Positions 41,356 through 55,950 of a stretch of DNA of 64,000 nucleotides are shown here, in pieces. Under the pieces are notes generated by a model. That model was not told the DNA's origin and ran no database searches. It was given only the letters and a program-made list of their open reading frames with translations. The position numbers and the translations under genes are program-made. Position 1 is the stretch's first letter. Every line of letters starts with the position of its first letter. The stretch lies in NCBI RefSeq assembly GCF_001194135.2, contig NC_068998.1:6614073-6678072 (forward strand), read 5' to 3'. The DNA comes from Octopus bimaculoides (lineage: Eukaryota).

Positions 41356-41752
41356 TTGGTGGAGATGGAGTATATGTAATCTGGGTATACCCCCCCCCCC
41401 TTTTAAATTTTGTTTTTTTTTACGGAATCCTATGTTTCAGACCATGGAGAATCCGATTCTGGAAAAAGAAATTTCAAAAATCTCAATTTCAAAATTTCGA
41501 TCTCCCCACCGGTTTTTATATAGATCCACAGAGTAAACCTAACCCTAACCCTAACACTAGTTTTGTGAGATTTGGCTGTTATTTCTAGCATGTAAATAGC
41601 CTGCTTGGTGGGGGCGGGGGGAATTGAAATTTTTCAAAAAATTTTTTTTTCAGAATCGGAATCTCCATAGCCTAAAACGTGGGATTCCGTAAAAAAAAAT
41701 TAATAAATAAGGGGGGAAAAGGTTCAGATTACATATAGTCCATCTCTACCAA
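41356..41752. mobile_element. Fold-back element/MITE with long imperfect TIRs and internal (TAACCC)n
   Basis: Terminal 28 bp match 26/28 as inverted repeats, inner arm segments also complementary; flanked by aaca on both sides; a partial arm recurs at about 26590-26680. Confidence 0.75.
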
Positions 41753-42299
41753 AACATTTATAATGGTATGACTGAAGCTTTATTACATGTGGGTTGTCTG
41801 TTAATAAAGGGACACGTTTGAAACGCAAGTTTCCAAGACTAGAACAAGTACAATTATCAAACAAAAGTCTATAATATATGACCAGAATATGTGCCCCATC
41901 ATTACGAGAGACCCTGTATTTTTTGTGTGATATTAAAACAAAAATCTTTATATATATCTGTTGAGTTCTTCAGAAATTCTTTGATTAACATTTTTTTCTT
42001 TTCTTATTTTATGCATTTCTAGTATTCTTATATTCCTACAATTCTTGTTTTTTTCTTCTTCTTTTCTTTAGTTCTTTGTTGATTTTCTTTTTGTCATATT
42101 TAATCCATCTATATATTGATACTATAATTTCCATAAAGATATATACTAGATCTTGTTTACATGGTGTTATTATTGCGACTGGTTCCTCCTCTAGTAATTA
42201 ACTAAATGAAGTCAAATACTATTGGTTATAAATTTGTAATAGCTGTTATGAAGATGTTACATTACTAGAATGCTGGAATGTACTGTTTGTTTGTTTTTT

Positions 42300-42775
42300 T
42301 CCTACTTACTGGAACTGAAGGAAGGGGCATTACCCATGACTTTTACAGGCTCTCCAAGACCAGTGAGATTGATGTTGATAATGTTCAGTTTAAGCTGCTG
42401 TCGGTCAATGGGATGGGGTGATATTCTGAGGAGAAAGGACTGGGCATGGCAATCAGTGTGGGACATGGTAGGATTGGGTGCAACAAAGCTGAAGAAGTGC
42501 ATAGGCAAGTGGGACAGAAGTGCCAGAGTGATGGAGATAGAAAACCAGATGTTTCCAAGGATTAGAAATTATTATAAAAGTGATAGAAAAACTTGGGAGG
42601 AGACCAGAGAATGGAGTGTGTCTGTGAGTGATTTAATGTCAATCACTTGGGTGGCTCTTGTCTGGATGTAGTCCAAGATGTGCATAGCAGCAGTACCATT
42701 CCAGATGTGGGAGGAGATCTCCACTGTGGGCCTCAATAATATGCACTCATTTAACCCAGTGATTCTCACCATTTT
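42300..42775 (-). mobile_element. CR1/Jockey-like LINE RT C-terminal fragment, degenerate
   Basis: LLRPTVEISSHIWNGTAAMHILDYIQTRATQVIDIKSLTDTLHSL resembles the xRPxxEYxSxxW..LDxIQ motif region. Confidence 0.6.
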
Positions 42776-43806
42776 TTTTGCCTATTGTCCCCTTTGATCC
42801 CTATTTCACTCAGTGGGTGGAACCCACATAGCCATTCAATGTCTGAAAACTATTTTATGATTAAATATTATTAGGAATTGTATTTAAAAAAATGTTTGAA
42901 TATGTTGTGTAGTGTAGAAGTATAAGCAATTTATTGCACAAAGATTTTAACAAGGTCTTAAATGAACCCGAAAGGGCCATGTGGACCTCGGTTGAGATCT
43001 AGATTCAACCCATGCTAGCCTGGAAAAACAGACACAGAACACACAAACTCTGCATGATAAAAGATAATGTGACTTATTTATTTATTCATAAAAAATAAAT
43101 ACAGCAGCAGAGGTAGTATTAATACCCAAGTGGTGATTATTTTACTTTATTACCTCCACCTCAGCAAAGGCAGAGGTGTTGTTTTCAGTTGTGTTTGTTT
43201 GTTTGTCCATGGACAAGATACCTCAAGAACCACTGGATGGATTCGGATGAAACTTTCAAGGATGTTTGGCTTCGTGACTGGCACAAACTGATTAAATTTG
43301 GGGATTTTTCTAGTTATTTTTACTTAATTTTTGAGAGCGGTCAGGTTCATTTTTAGTATTCTCATTTGTGAGAGCATTCAAGTATATTTCAGATATTCAC
43401 ATTTTAAAAATCATCTCTGGCTAATTGTTGAGAGGACGTTGTTGTTGCTTTGGCAGAGGTTTGTGCTCTTGATTATTTTGTATTCTCTGGTGGCATGCAG
43501 TCTCTGGGAGAGAAGATTTGGCTTCTTTTCTAGTTTCCTCTGCAATTATAATGTCATGCATGAAAACATGCAACAATGGCTGTACTAAGTATCTTCTGAT
43601 TTTCTTTCTCTTTGGGTTGTTTCTTGCTTCTCTAAGTATCAACTACAAAGTCATTGTGAAGAGAAATGAAATGTGCTAATCGTGACACACATCTCCAGTG
43701 GTTGTCAGTTGATTGGGAATTCCATGGTGGTAAACTGCATGGATACTAATTCAAATGCTACATTAAAATTCCATTCACACATCCTGCAAATCCCCCACCA
43801 TCATCA

Positions 43807-43840
<34 letters not shown>

Positions 43841-45127
43841 GTGTGTGCAAAGTTGTGTGATATGAATTTTATTTTGCAGCTGCAGAGTCCAGGATTTGAG
43901 TCCCCTGTGTAACCCCTGTTTGTTACCTTATTTCTGTTGAGTGGCTCTGTGTTTTTTTTTTTCAATTAATTTTAAATATAACAAAGAATTTAGTAAAATA
44001 ATTTAGTTAACATTAAGCTAGTGTTAGGAACATAAATTGTGACTAAGGTTTGGTGGAAGATTTTAATTCTGAACTTTTGAAAACAAGACATTTGTAGTAC
44101 AGAGCCAGACGTGGTTTCAACTGGGTTGGTACCGAAAGGGTTCAGCATATTCTTTACCTGTTAGCAACTCTTCTTTAAGTTTGAAAGCTGAGTCAACGGA
44201 GAGGAATTGCAAATAGATGAAATGCCCTAATGGTATTTAAATGCCCAAACCTCCAATATCCAAGTGGCTAAAAAGTGTTAGCAGAAGGGCACCCAGGAGT
44301 CATAACCTGGATGTGACCCAACCCCTGCTTTAGAGTGTAAAAAATTAAGGGCCGTAACACATGAGTGAGGATGTTTTCTTCTGACAACTTCTGCCATTTA
44401 GCTCCCTTGATGGTTTCTTACCACTGCCAGCAATGACTGTTTCTAACACAAGCACAAGGCCAGACATCTGGGTGGAGAAGTTATTTGATTAATTGGACCA
44501 CAGTAATTTTTGTCAACCCAAGAAAGAATGAAAGGTGAAGCTGACCACAGTGGGGTTTGAACCCAGAACATAAAGAGCTGGAACAAAATATTACATAGCA
44601 TATTGTCTGATGCTCAATGATTCTGCCTAGTCACTACCCTTGATTATAATAATAATTATTCTTAATTTAGTTACTAATTTAGTCAGTTTTGAGGAGAGGG
44701 GGGGTCGCCTAATACTTGGATTGGTTCTTTATTTTAGAGGCCCCGAAAGGATGAAAGACAAAGATGATAATTGCTTCTGGTTTAGGTGTAAGGGCAGCAG
44801 TTTTAATAGGAGTGAAGGAGCTCATTACGTTGACCCCATTACTTGACTGGTACCTTGTTTTAATGACCCTGGAAGGACAAAAGGTAAAACTGGCCATGAC
44901 AAGATTTTAACTCAAGTATGCCAAATAATGTTTTCAAATTTTGGTACAAGGCCAGCAATTTTAGGGGAGGGGGAATGTTGATTACAATGACCGCAGTACT
45001 TGGCTGGTAATTTATTTTATTGACCCTGAAAGCATGAAAGGTAAAAGTAATTTTAGCATAATTTGAACTTAGAACGTAAAGAACCAGAAGAAATGTTTTG
45101 TCCTGGATGCTAATGATTCTGCCAGCT

Positions 45128-45184
45128 TGCTGCTGCTGCTGCTGCTGCTGCAGCTGCTGCAACAGCAGCAGCAGCAGCAGCAGC

Positions 45185-45261
<77 letters not shown>

Positions 45262-45489
45262 NNNNNNNNNNNNNNNNNNNNNNNNNNNNNNNNNNNNNNN
45301 NNNNNNNNNNNNNNNNNNNNNNNNNNNNNNNNNNNNNNNNNNNNNNNNNNNNNNNNNNNNNNNNNNNNNNNNNNNNNNNNNNNNNNNNNNNNNNNNNNNN
45401 NNNNNNNNNNNNNNNNNNNNNNNNNNNNNNNNNNNNNNNNNNNNNNNNNNNNNNNNNNNNNNNNNNNNNNNNNNNNNNNNNNNNNNNNN

Positions 45490-45565
<76 letters not shown>
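45128..45565. repeat. (CTG)n-(CAG)n-(CAA)n trinucleotide tract spanning a gap
   Basis: Directly visible; lies between two SINE family B copies. Confidence 0.9.
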
Positions 45566-45566
<1 letters not shown>

Positions 45567-46229
45567 AGTAATCTTTTCTACTCTAGGCACAAGGCCTGAC
45601 ATTTTTGGAAGGGGGTCAGTTGATTAGATCATCCCCAGTACTTAGCTGGTACTTAATTTATTGACCCCAAAAGGATGAAAGGCAAAGTTGACCTCGGCAG
45701 AATTTGAACACAGAATGTAAAACCGAAAAAAATGTCGCTAAGCATTTTGTCCAGTGTGTTAACACTTCTTCCAGCCTACCACCTTAATCATCATCATCAT
45801 CATTTAACGTCTTCTTTCCTTAAAAATAATTACATTGTCAAACCAGGACTAGAAATTTCAATAGATTGGAAAGAAATTTATAGGGGAAAAAAAAAAAAGA
45901 TAAATATAATAATAATTATAATAATGTGTAAATCTACTTATTTCAGTGTTAGTTAGCAGTAAATGGAAAAGAGAAAACAGTTTATTTTTAATAATCTATT
46001 TCTTTACCAAACAGAAAACTAACCACTTTGATTTAACATGTCTTTCCAATCCAGGAACAATAAATGAATGCAAAGTCACATGGTTTATTTAATTATAATT
46101 GTAAGGCGTTATCAAAAATCGTTAAGTAGATAACAAATGAACTTTTGATTTTATTTTTGACAATTCTACATACTCCCAGCATCAGATTCAGTGAGAGATC
46201 TAAGCGGGTGCTTCAGCTTCAAATTAGTA

Positions 46230-46331
46230 TCACGATTGAAACTCCGATGACATTTTACTAGTTAAACTGGTGAAACCCTTATTGGCCATGTTGTTTTTGG
46301 CTTTTAGTTGCACATAATGCAGGGCTTGACT
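46230..46331 (-). CDS. VPS35L: VPS35L last coding exon
   Basis: ttttcag|[36 protein letters not shown]; weak similarity but strong acceptor and correct phase. Confidence 0.75.
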   Translation of the reverse strand, partial: SQALHYVQLKAKNNMANKGFTSLTSKMSSEFQS

Positions 46332-48787
46332 CTGAAAAGAGAAAAGGGAAATAGAAAGGAAAATAGAATAAATTACAAAAATTCAACTGATTAATTATAT
46401 TGGTGGATGTTACAAAAGTTGTTTGGGCAATTAATTAAGTCAAATGTGTATCATCCTTGACATCATTGTTTTAATGTTTGCTTATTTACGCTTACATGAG
46501 TCAAATGGAATCTGTTGAAGCAGATTTTCTGTAGCCAGATACTCTTCCTGTAGCACAATCTGAAGCACCTTTTTCTATCTGAATCCTTATTTTAATTATA
46601 TATTTTTATTTATTTAATTAATTCAATAATAGGATGAATTCTTTATAAGAATTCATCAAGTAGCTAGCATGAAAAAATAACCTCATAAGGGAAAAATCCA
46701 TCATTTATTCCCCAAAATGTGTTTATTATGGTAGTTTGACCTTAGAGTCTCTCTCTTAGTGTGAGGCATTCATGTATAGTAATGCCCTTATATAAATAAA
46801 TTTGTATTTATTTATCTATTTATTTATTTATTTATTAATTAAAAGAAAAAATGGAGATGATTCTTCTCACTTACAATTTGTTTCTTATCCATGCAACCAT
46901 GCTTCTGTGATAGTCCCCATAGATTAACAGCTAAAGTAAGCATATTGGCTTCTGTCAGTTGTCCGTGGGTAACAATAGTGTTGAAGAGCTCCAGAGCAAG
47001 ATAGCTTTGCCTTTTAAAAGCCTGGACGAGAAAAAAAAAAAATGAAATCACAATTAATCAAGTAATTAGGGGATTAAAGGATGTCCTCTCAAGGCGAAAA
47101 CCCACAGTATTTGGAATTCTAACAAAACATCCATGTTAAGTTGGACAGAAATGCTTTGAGACCAACCCCAAAACCTGCAAAATGCAAGCACAAGATGATG
47201 TTTGGCACATAAATGAAAAGTTTTTATCAAAATTTCATGCTAATTTAAGTCACTTTAAAACTGGAAAATTTATATTAAAGAACTAGAAATGGATTCAAGC
47301 AGGTTGCTATCAAAAACATTAACTCTTTTGTTATCATATTTTTTCTGCAATACATTGCCTTAGGTTCAATACATTTTGGAAATAATAATTCATTAGAATA
47401 ATTCATTATTTATCTGGTTTTTGGAACATATGAAATCTGACGGAAAGTTTTAATTTAACCCTTTAAGCATTTAAACCAGTCATATCCAGCCCAAACATTC
47501 TACTTGGTTTTATGTTCAAACTAGCCAGATCCAGCCTCTCACAGCTACCCTACAATGTCATTCTAAAAATAAACAATCACATTATCAAAATCTTGAAGCT
47601 ACAAACTAATACATGATTAATTCCAAAACAATATGAATAAAGAAACATATCCGACAGAGTAATCTGAATTTTAGAACAGGGAATTTTTTTATCATAGAAA
47701 TTGGGCCAATCTCAGGTGGGTTGGTGTTAAAAAAATTAAAGGATATTAATGTGTGTGTGTGTGTGTGTGTAGAGAGAGAGAGGAGTATAAAAATATAAGA
47801 GTGTCTGATGATAATTTTTATTTAATATAACAGTTCAGGTGAGATAAAATAACTAACGAAGACAATATTACCAGGTTGGAAGCCAGATTAATAACTAAAC
47901 AAAAAAAAATTGGGGAGAGAATAAGAACTGTAGCGATAAAACATTAGAATCTTCCAAAATATTAAACCCATGAAGAAGTTCCAGCTTACCTCTTGTGATG
48001 CCAGTGTTTTTAAGTGTCCAAGAATTTCGGTGATTAACGAGTCACATATGGTTCTAACTTCTTCAATAAATATTGGATCTGAACCATAGAGTTTATCATT
48101 GGAATCAACTGAAAACAGAAACCAAAGACAACAAAATGAATAAAAAAAAAATAGAATAAAATAAAGTACAACAGTGATTGTTTTTGTTTTGTTTTTTTTT
48201 AGCCCCAGGCTGGCCTTGACTGAGCAGGCTTATTATCAAAAGTGTATTCCAGTTAATGATTAGTCTATCATTTTGGATGGAATCTAAATGTATTGCTAAT
48301 GATTCCTTTTTTATTTAAGATGGTATGATGTGTTTTGAGGGAGATTTGGCTGCTATTTCTAGCAGGTTGAACGATCACATAAAATGTTCTGTCATCAACT
48401 CACCAAAATAAATATGGTGGTATTATTCCTTCACCTCTTTATATGTTCCAGCCCAAAGGGTGTGGCCATGCTAGGGCACCACCCATATTGAGAAAACAAA
48501 CATCTCAGACATGGGCATGGCTGTGTGGTAGGAAGCTTGCTTCCTAACCACATGGTTCCAGGATCAGCCTTATTGCATTGAGTGGTACCTTGGGCAAGTG
48601 TCTTCCATAGCCTCGAGTAAACCAAAGCCTTCTGAGTACATTTAGTAGAGGGGGAAACTGAAAGAAGCCTGCTGTATATATGTGTGCGTGTGTATGCATG
48701 TTACGGGGATGTAAACACACCAGCATCGGTTGTCAAGCAATGGTGGGGGGGGGGAAACAAACACACACACACACACACACATATATA

Positions 48788-48835
<48 letters not shown>

Positions 48836-51800
48836 CTTTTAAAAAATAACGTCGACCACTAACGTGGACAATTAATGCGCTAGAAATAGATCACATCTTG
48901 TGTCTATTAAGACATAAATTGTTCTCAACATGAAATATAGCAGCATGACAGGCTTCTTTCAGTTTCCATCTTCCAAATCCATTCACAAGGCTTGGTCGTA
49001 GAAGACACTTGCCCAAGGTGCCACATGCAGTGGGACTGAAGCTGGAACCATGTGGTTGGTAAGCAAGCTACTTTACCACACAGCCACTGGTTGCAAGAAA
49101 GAGGCATTAAATATCAGAAAGTGGAATTGTTACAGAAAAAAAAGAGAATTATGGCAGGACATGATCACCTATGTCCTACGTCTTAGACATGAAGACAAAC
49201 ACAAACATACAAGCTTATGCAGTGTCCATCTAATCTTGCTCACAAGTTATTATTGAACACAAATATATAGTAAAAAAAAAACACTTTCTCAAAGTACTGT
49301 AAAGTGGAATTGAACACAGAACCATGTAGTTGTGAAGCCAGCTTCTTAACCACACAGCCATACGCGTATTTTTCCTTATGTCCTGTGTTGTGTTACATAA
49401 TTTTCCTCAATCATTGCTTTATTAGCTTCTCTTGCAGTTCTTACCTTTGCTAACATGATACAGGTAATCTTCTTGACAGGAACCTGATAACATACATAAC
49501 ACTCGGATGTAAAGCACTATTTTCCCGTCTGTGTTCGATTCTGTGTTGTAACCTTTTAACACATTTAGCAATCCCTTTAAGACATACATCACGCCAGCAT
49601 CAGGATTGTCCTGAAAGAACAGAAAATTATCTTTATTATTATTATTATCATCATCACCATCATCAGCAGTAGTAGTGCTTGACAACCAGTGTTGGTTTGC
49701 TTATCTCCCCATAACTTGGCCGTTTGGCAAAAGGGATCGATAAAATAAGCACTAGACTTTAAAATAAGTACTGGGGTTGATTTGTTCAACTAAACCCATC
49801 AACGATGCCCCAGCCTGGCCGCAGTCCAATGACTGATACAAGTAAAAGATAAAGTATGGAAGGCAATAAGAGGAAAAGAGAACAGCTTTTTTTTTTTATT
49901 ATTTTTGGCAACAATACTCACTGGTACCACGAGAAGAGTCGAGATGAAGTTACTCAGGAATTCAACCAATAATGGTTCAGTCTGCCGGACCACATTGTCG
50001 ATCTTTAAACTCCGAGGAATTTCTGGGATCAACAGTACGATAGCCTTGAAGAATTCATCAGCTGCAGTAGACCAAATAGAAGAACATTGTTAATATAACA
50101 ACAAATTATATATATATGAAAGAAATTTTAATATAAAGAAATGTCAAAATTATAATCATCATCATCACCAACACCATCATCGTAGCAAAAGGGACAGCCC
50201 CTTTCTGGCTGGAATCTTCAAAGTCATTATCAACAACATACTTCTTTAAGACAGTCACACAGAGTGATATATATATATATATATATGTCTATGTTTACAT
50301 GTACACAAAGACACATATAGACACAAAACCACATACACAACCATATATATCCCAATGCAACTACACAACTCCTCAAAGATGTCCATGGAACCATACATAA
50401 AAGACACTAAAGAAGGAAGGTATCAGAACTGTTATCACCTTAATGTTTGCTTATCTCCTTCTTTAATTTAATTCAATCCAATTAAAATAACAGGAAAAAC
50501 TAAAGGAAAGAAGACATAAAACCAAAAAAAAAAAAAAAAAGATTAAATATTAAAAAAAAGCAGTGAGTGACCAACCTTGACCAAGACATTGGTTTAAGAG
50601 TGCCACTTGTCCAGAAAGTAAATACAAGTTCAACTGACTAAATGTGAACCTTAGTGATGGAATTGTGATGAAACAATATGCAGCACAAGCCTGGAATTGA
50701 AGAAAAAAAAAATACAGAATGGTAATTAACCATACTGTTCTTTCCACTGCTTCATGCTGACATACAGGCACCATTTTTCATCACCAGTGATGATCCAATG
50801 AAGAGTTACTTTTAATGTTAATGCAATAAGCTTTTTTAAATTTGAAGACGAAATATTTCTTTTTAAATTTTGATTGGTTTCAATATCAGAGACGAAGCTG
50901 ATTAATACATGTAAATATAAAAACTTTTTTACAACTCTGAAGACGAAGATAATAGTTGGAAGCATTTATAATCTTATACATACACAAATCAACATTTTAA
51001 GCTATTGCTTTTCATTCATGCCTTTTTGGTTAAGTACACAAAATGAATAAGATCTGTTACAGAGTGTGATGTCAAGTTATTCATAGTTTCAAAAGGCTCA
51101 CTACATCAGTGTAATAATTCACACACACACACACAGAGCCTTATTTGTGCTTATGTTTTCAAAATTTATTGGAAGCACCAAAATCTACGAATGTCTCTTC
51201 CATCATCCTTTATCATCCATCTTCCATGCTGGTATGGGTTGGACAGTTTTGACAGGACCTGGTGCCTTGGGACTGCATTAAGCTCCACTATCTGTTTTGG
51301 CATGGTTTCTATAGCTGGATGCCCTTCCTAATGTCAACCACCTTACAGAGTGGATAGAGTGTTTTTTTTTTTGTTATGACACACCAGCACTGACAAAAAG
51401 ATCCTTTGAGACAGGGGTGGTGATATTGAAGGCAGTGGCTTTGTGCCTAGTGCTGAGGGGTTAGAGTATGATAGAGGAATAGAAACGGGGGTCTTGCTGC
51501 AGAAACTAGAATTTAGTAGAAGACAAATATCAACCTTAAAGGTTCCTTACCTTCACAAAAGCAGCAGTCTTTTTTGTGTGTTTCCCTTTGACAATCTTGT
51601 GGGTGGACATAGCAAGCTGGTTCACAGACTGCAGACAGAAATAATTATATAATATGTTAATCATATGATAATCTTTTCTACTAAAGCACAAGGCCTGAAA
51701 TTTTTGGGAGAAGGAGTAAATCAATTATATTGCCTCCAGTGGTTCTTATTTAATCAACATGGCTGTCATCCAATCCTTACTAGTTTCCAAGTAAGGTAAT

Positions 51801-53766
51801 ATTTCCACATGACCATACATGTTTATGGGGAAGATTGGAAAAGAAGGAGTCTGCTTGTATGAGGGTGACACTCATTTATAACTATCCAGTGATGTCAAGA
51901 CACACACAAACACAAGATGGGTTTGTTTGTTTCTGTCAGCCAAATCCATTCACAAGGCCTTGCTCAACATGAGACTATAGCAGAAGACACGTGCCAAAGG
52001 TACCACATGGAGGACTGAATCTAAGACCATACAGTTGGGAAATGAACTTAACCATATCTACATCACACATTTGCGCACATCCATCATCATCATCATCGTT
52101 TGTCCGTTTTCCATGCTGGCATGGGTTGGACGGTTTGACTGGGTACTGGCAAGCCAGGAGGCCACACCAGGCTCCAATCTGATACCTCTGCATTCCCGTG
52201 TATGCAAATGAGTGACCTATTTCACACCCAGCTTTTCCTGATTGCATGAGTAGAGATGTTTCTCTATTCATCTATTCCTTGTTGAAGAAATTCTATAACT
52301 GGTTGTGTTATCAGTGACCACTCCACGGTCAAGTAAACTGTTGTGAAGCAGTTGGAACTAAGGACCATGTGGTCTAACCTCTAACCAATCAGCTATTGGC
52401 CAATGCAACCCTAGACATGCTAAGAAACCTCTCAATCACAACTGATTAAGGGTTAAATAACTGCATAACTTGAGATACTTACATGAATAAGAGCCACAAG
52501 GACTGGGTCCAGGTTGCTGAAAGTGGCACGGGCCTCAACAAAAAAGCTGAGTTGCTGCTCAAAATCTTGGCCAAATGTGACCTTCCGCAGGAAACCAATT
52601 ATCAAATTACTAATTAACCTCTTCTCATCTTCAAGAGTCAAAGCACTGAAGAAAGAGAGAAATGGAGTAATTAGGGATGGTAAAAGTGGATGATGAGCAG
52701 GAGAATAAAGGTAAAAACAAACAAAATGGTTAGGATTGTTTTAGTGGAGACAGAAAGTAATAGCCGTGACCCCTTACAGGGCTTCCAAGACTTGGGGAGC
52801 AAGATGTCATGAGATAAGTGACCTGGTTTGAATGTTTGCAACAGAGGGAACCCCAGTAAAGGCATCAAAGTTGTCAGGTGATTGTGTCAAACCAGGCTGA
52901 GGGTTAAGTCTCCCACTCAGGTAAGCTGTGGCAGGATTTGAACTCAAAGAGCTTGAACAAAGACCACCAGGCATTCAGTTCAATGTCTTTACAGTTGTAC
53001 CAGTCTACTTAACTGGGTTGGGTACTGCTTTTTTGTTTTAATTGACCCCGAGAGAATGACAAAGTGGCTCACAGCAGGATTATAACTCAAATAAACCCAG
53101 TTATGTTAATAAAAGAGCAATCAAACCCATTTAAATTAATGAAAGGCAATTAAGCAATTATGTTAATGAAGAGCAAACAAACCCAGTTACGTTAATGAAA
53201 GGCAATGAAATCCAGTTAAACTAATGAAAGGCAATCAAACTCAGTTACTTTAACAAGAGGTAATTAAACCCACTTTTAACTTGGTAGTTTCCTTGTTTGT
53301 TTCAAATATTTTGAAAAACTTACTTGACAGAGTCATGGGCTATTTTACAAAGAAACATCATGGTGTTGATAATAACTGGGTCATCAGTGGGATCTAATTG
53401 GTACCTGCAGAGATAGAGGTGAGATTGAATGAGTGAGTGAGACAGACAGGAATTGGGAGACAAGGAACAGAGAGAGAAAGACAGAGGTGGGAAACAAGCA
53501 GCAAGATAATGGAAGATATGTGTCATCATCTTTGCTTTAATGTCTACTTTTCCAGACAAGATTCATTGAGGAATATTCACAAAGGCCTGGTGCTCCTCTT
53601 TGTCACCAGTTGTTTCCAGGCAAGTTAATATTTTCCCCCAAGTCTGGGCAAGTTTTCACTGGAAATTACCAACAAATGTCACTGGTTCTATGAACAGTGA
53701 AATTTATTTACAATTGATATTTAATATCAAGATGAGACTCATTTACACATGGATGGATGGATGGAT

Positions 53767-53803
<37 letters not shown>

Positions 53804-55911
53804 TTACAAATTAAAAGGGTAAAGGATTATCAATTTATTAATTTATTAATAAATTGATAATTAATAATTTTTACCAAGCCCTTCGGTATGTAAGCACCAT
53901 TATCGGTGGAGAACTTATTTAAAAGTTCAAATATATTTATAAACATAATTAAGGGATCAGCAAATATTTGCTTGGAGTCTCAGCTTTTTTAGCTGCTATT
54001 TCTGAACTTCGGTATGTGGTGAAGNNNNNNNNNNNNNNNNNNNNNNNNNNNNNNNNNNNNNNNNNNNNNNNNNNNNNNNNNNNNNNNNNNNNNNNNNNNN
54101 ATATATATATATATATATAGGGAGAATTCACAAAAATAACAAAAGACGAAGACATGTGGTGTAGAAAACAAACAGATGTATTAGTATAACGCTTGGGAAT
54201 TGAAAAAGTCTTTAATGTTTCGAGCCTACGCTCTTCCACAGAAAGGAACACAGAAAGAAACAAGGAGAGAAAAAAATGTGTGTAGTGGCTAGCGATGTAT
54301 CATGGCGAATGCCGGACAGAAGGGTCACACAGGAAAGCTAACATGAAAGGGAGATAACAAAGTAGTGGTGATCCCAAAACGAAGGTGTGCGTTTGTGTAA
54401 GAGAGTACGTATGTGCATGTGAAAGAGGGCTGATGAGCTTGACGTGTGTATGTGTAGGTGTGAAAATGTGGGGATGGGAATTGGCCAGTGCGGGCGTGTG
54501 CATGGTGGTGTGTTGTGATGTATTGTGTGGTATAGTGTAGTGTGGTGTGGTATGATGGTGTTGAGAGGTGGGGGAGGCGAGAGTGGGGTGTATAAAGACA
54601 GAGAGAGAGATGAAGGAGTGATAAGGTGAGGGATAGAAAAAAAACAAACATGTATTTAAACACTGCAAGGTATTAAGATGGATACGCTCCACCGATTCTT
54701 CAAACCCCTTCCTACTAAAATACAACAAAACAACAATCTGAAAGATAACAACAAATACTAACTTAATAAAAGCTTCCATTATGGACTTGCATGCTTCTAC
54801 CTTCACTGACTCACGCTGGAACATGTCGAGAAATGGCAAAAATTTATCCTGGAAGATAAATGGAAATATTGTTAGATTCGTTAGCCTTTTAATACCATGT
54901 GCCTCAAAAAAAAGACAGTCAGGTAATTATATAATATAAAGTTGTTTACTTCATAAGAATTTAGAAACTGCGAAAGACCTGAGATAATTTGTTTTAAATG
55001 GTGAACTCAAAGCAAATGATGATGTAATGGCAGTTCTTCATGTCTGAAGATTATGAGAAAGAGTGGCAAGCCCTTAAGTGGCTCTGTAAACCGATCCTCG
55101 AATGACAGGGTATGGTGCAGTTGGGGCAAATAGATAGTCTTTGGTCAGATTGGGGTCCTGACAAGGACTTCCCTTCTTTGGTATTTCTTATCCACTGCAG
55201 TGGCTCAGGCTTTCTTACAATTACTTGTAGCAGTCTGGATGCAACCAGTGTTGTGACCCTCTCCCACACCATGGGGTCTCTCCCTGCCTGGGTGAGCTAG
55301 TGTTTCAGCTAGTCATCAACACGCTGCAAATAATCCTTTCTATTAGGAGCACAAGACCTGAAATCATGAAGGGAGAGGGGACTAGTCGATTACATCAACC
55401 CCAGTGCTCAACTGGTACTTCTTTCATTGACCCTGAAAGGATGAAAAGCAAAGTCAACCATGGCAGAATTTGAACTCAGCATGCTTTGTGATGTTTCACC
55501 TGTATTTGTTCTAACAACTCTGCTAGCTCAATGACATTAAACTAAGTTGAAAAAAAAAAAAACACCTTTGGATAGAAAAAGGTCCTACAAGTAGCCTTCG
55601 AAAAGGACATGTACAAAATAGAGGAGAAAAGAGTTATGGCCTCAGTAATTTATTTAATTTAAAGAAAAAATTAAATGAACTAAGAGAAATAAGTCAAAGC
55701 AGCGAGAAAAACTTACCAGTCCAAAAAGTACAGAAAAGTTATGAAAGTGAATCAAAACTTTAGAGACAACTGACTGAAGTTGAGGATAGTAGTCTTCATA
55801 CGCCCGATCTGGGGACATGTGTTTGCTGATATCACTCAGCACTGTATTGATTTCACGTTTCTGAAAGTATTAATAAAATAAATAAAAACCTGCTCAGGCT
55901 ACAACAAAGCA

Positions 55912-55950
<39 letters not shown>

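Noticed and set aside
45069-45627. Poly-Q/poly-L/poly-N ORFs
   Set aside because: Translations of a CAG/CAA microsatellite across a gap; no splice or homology support.
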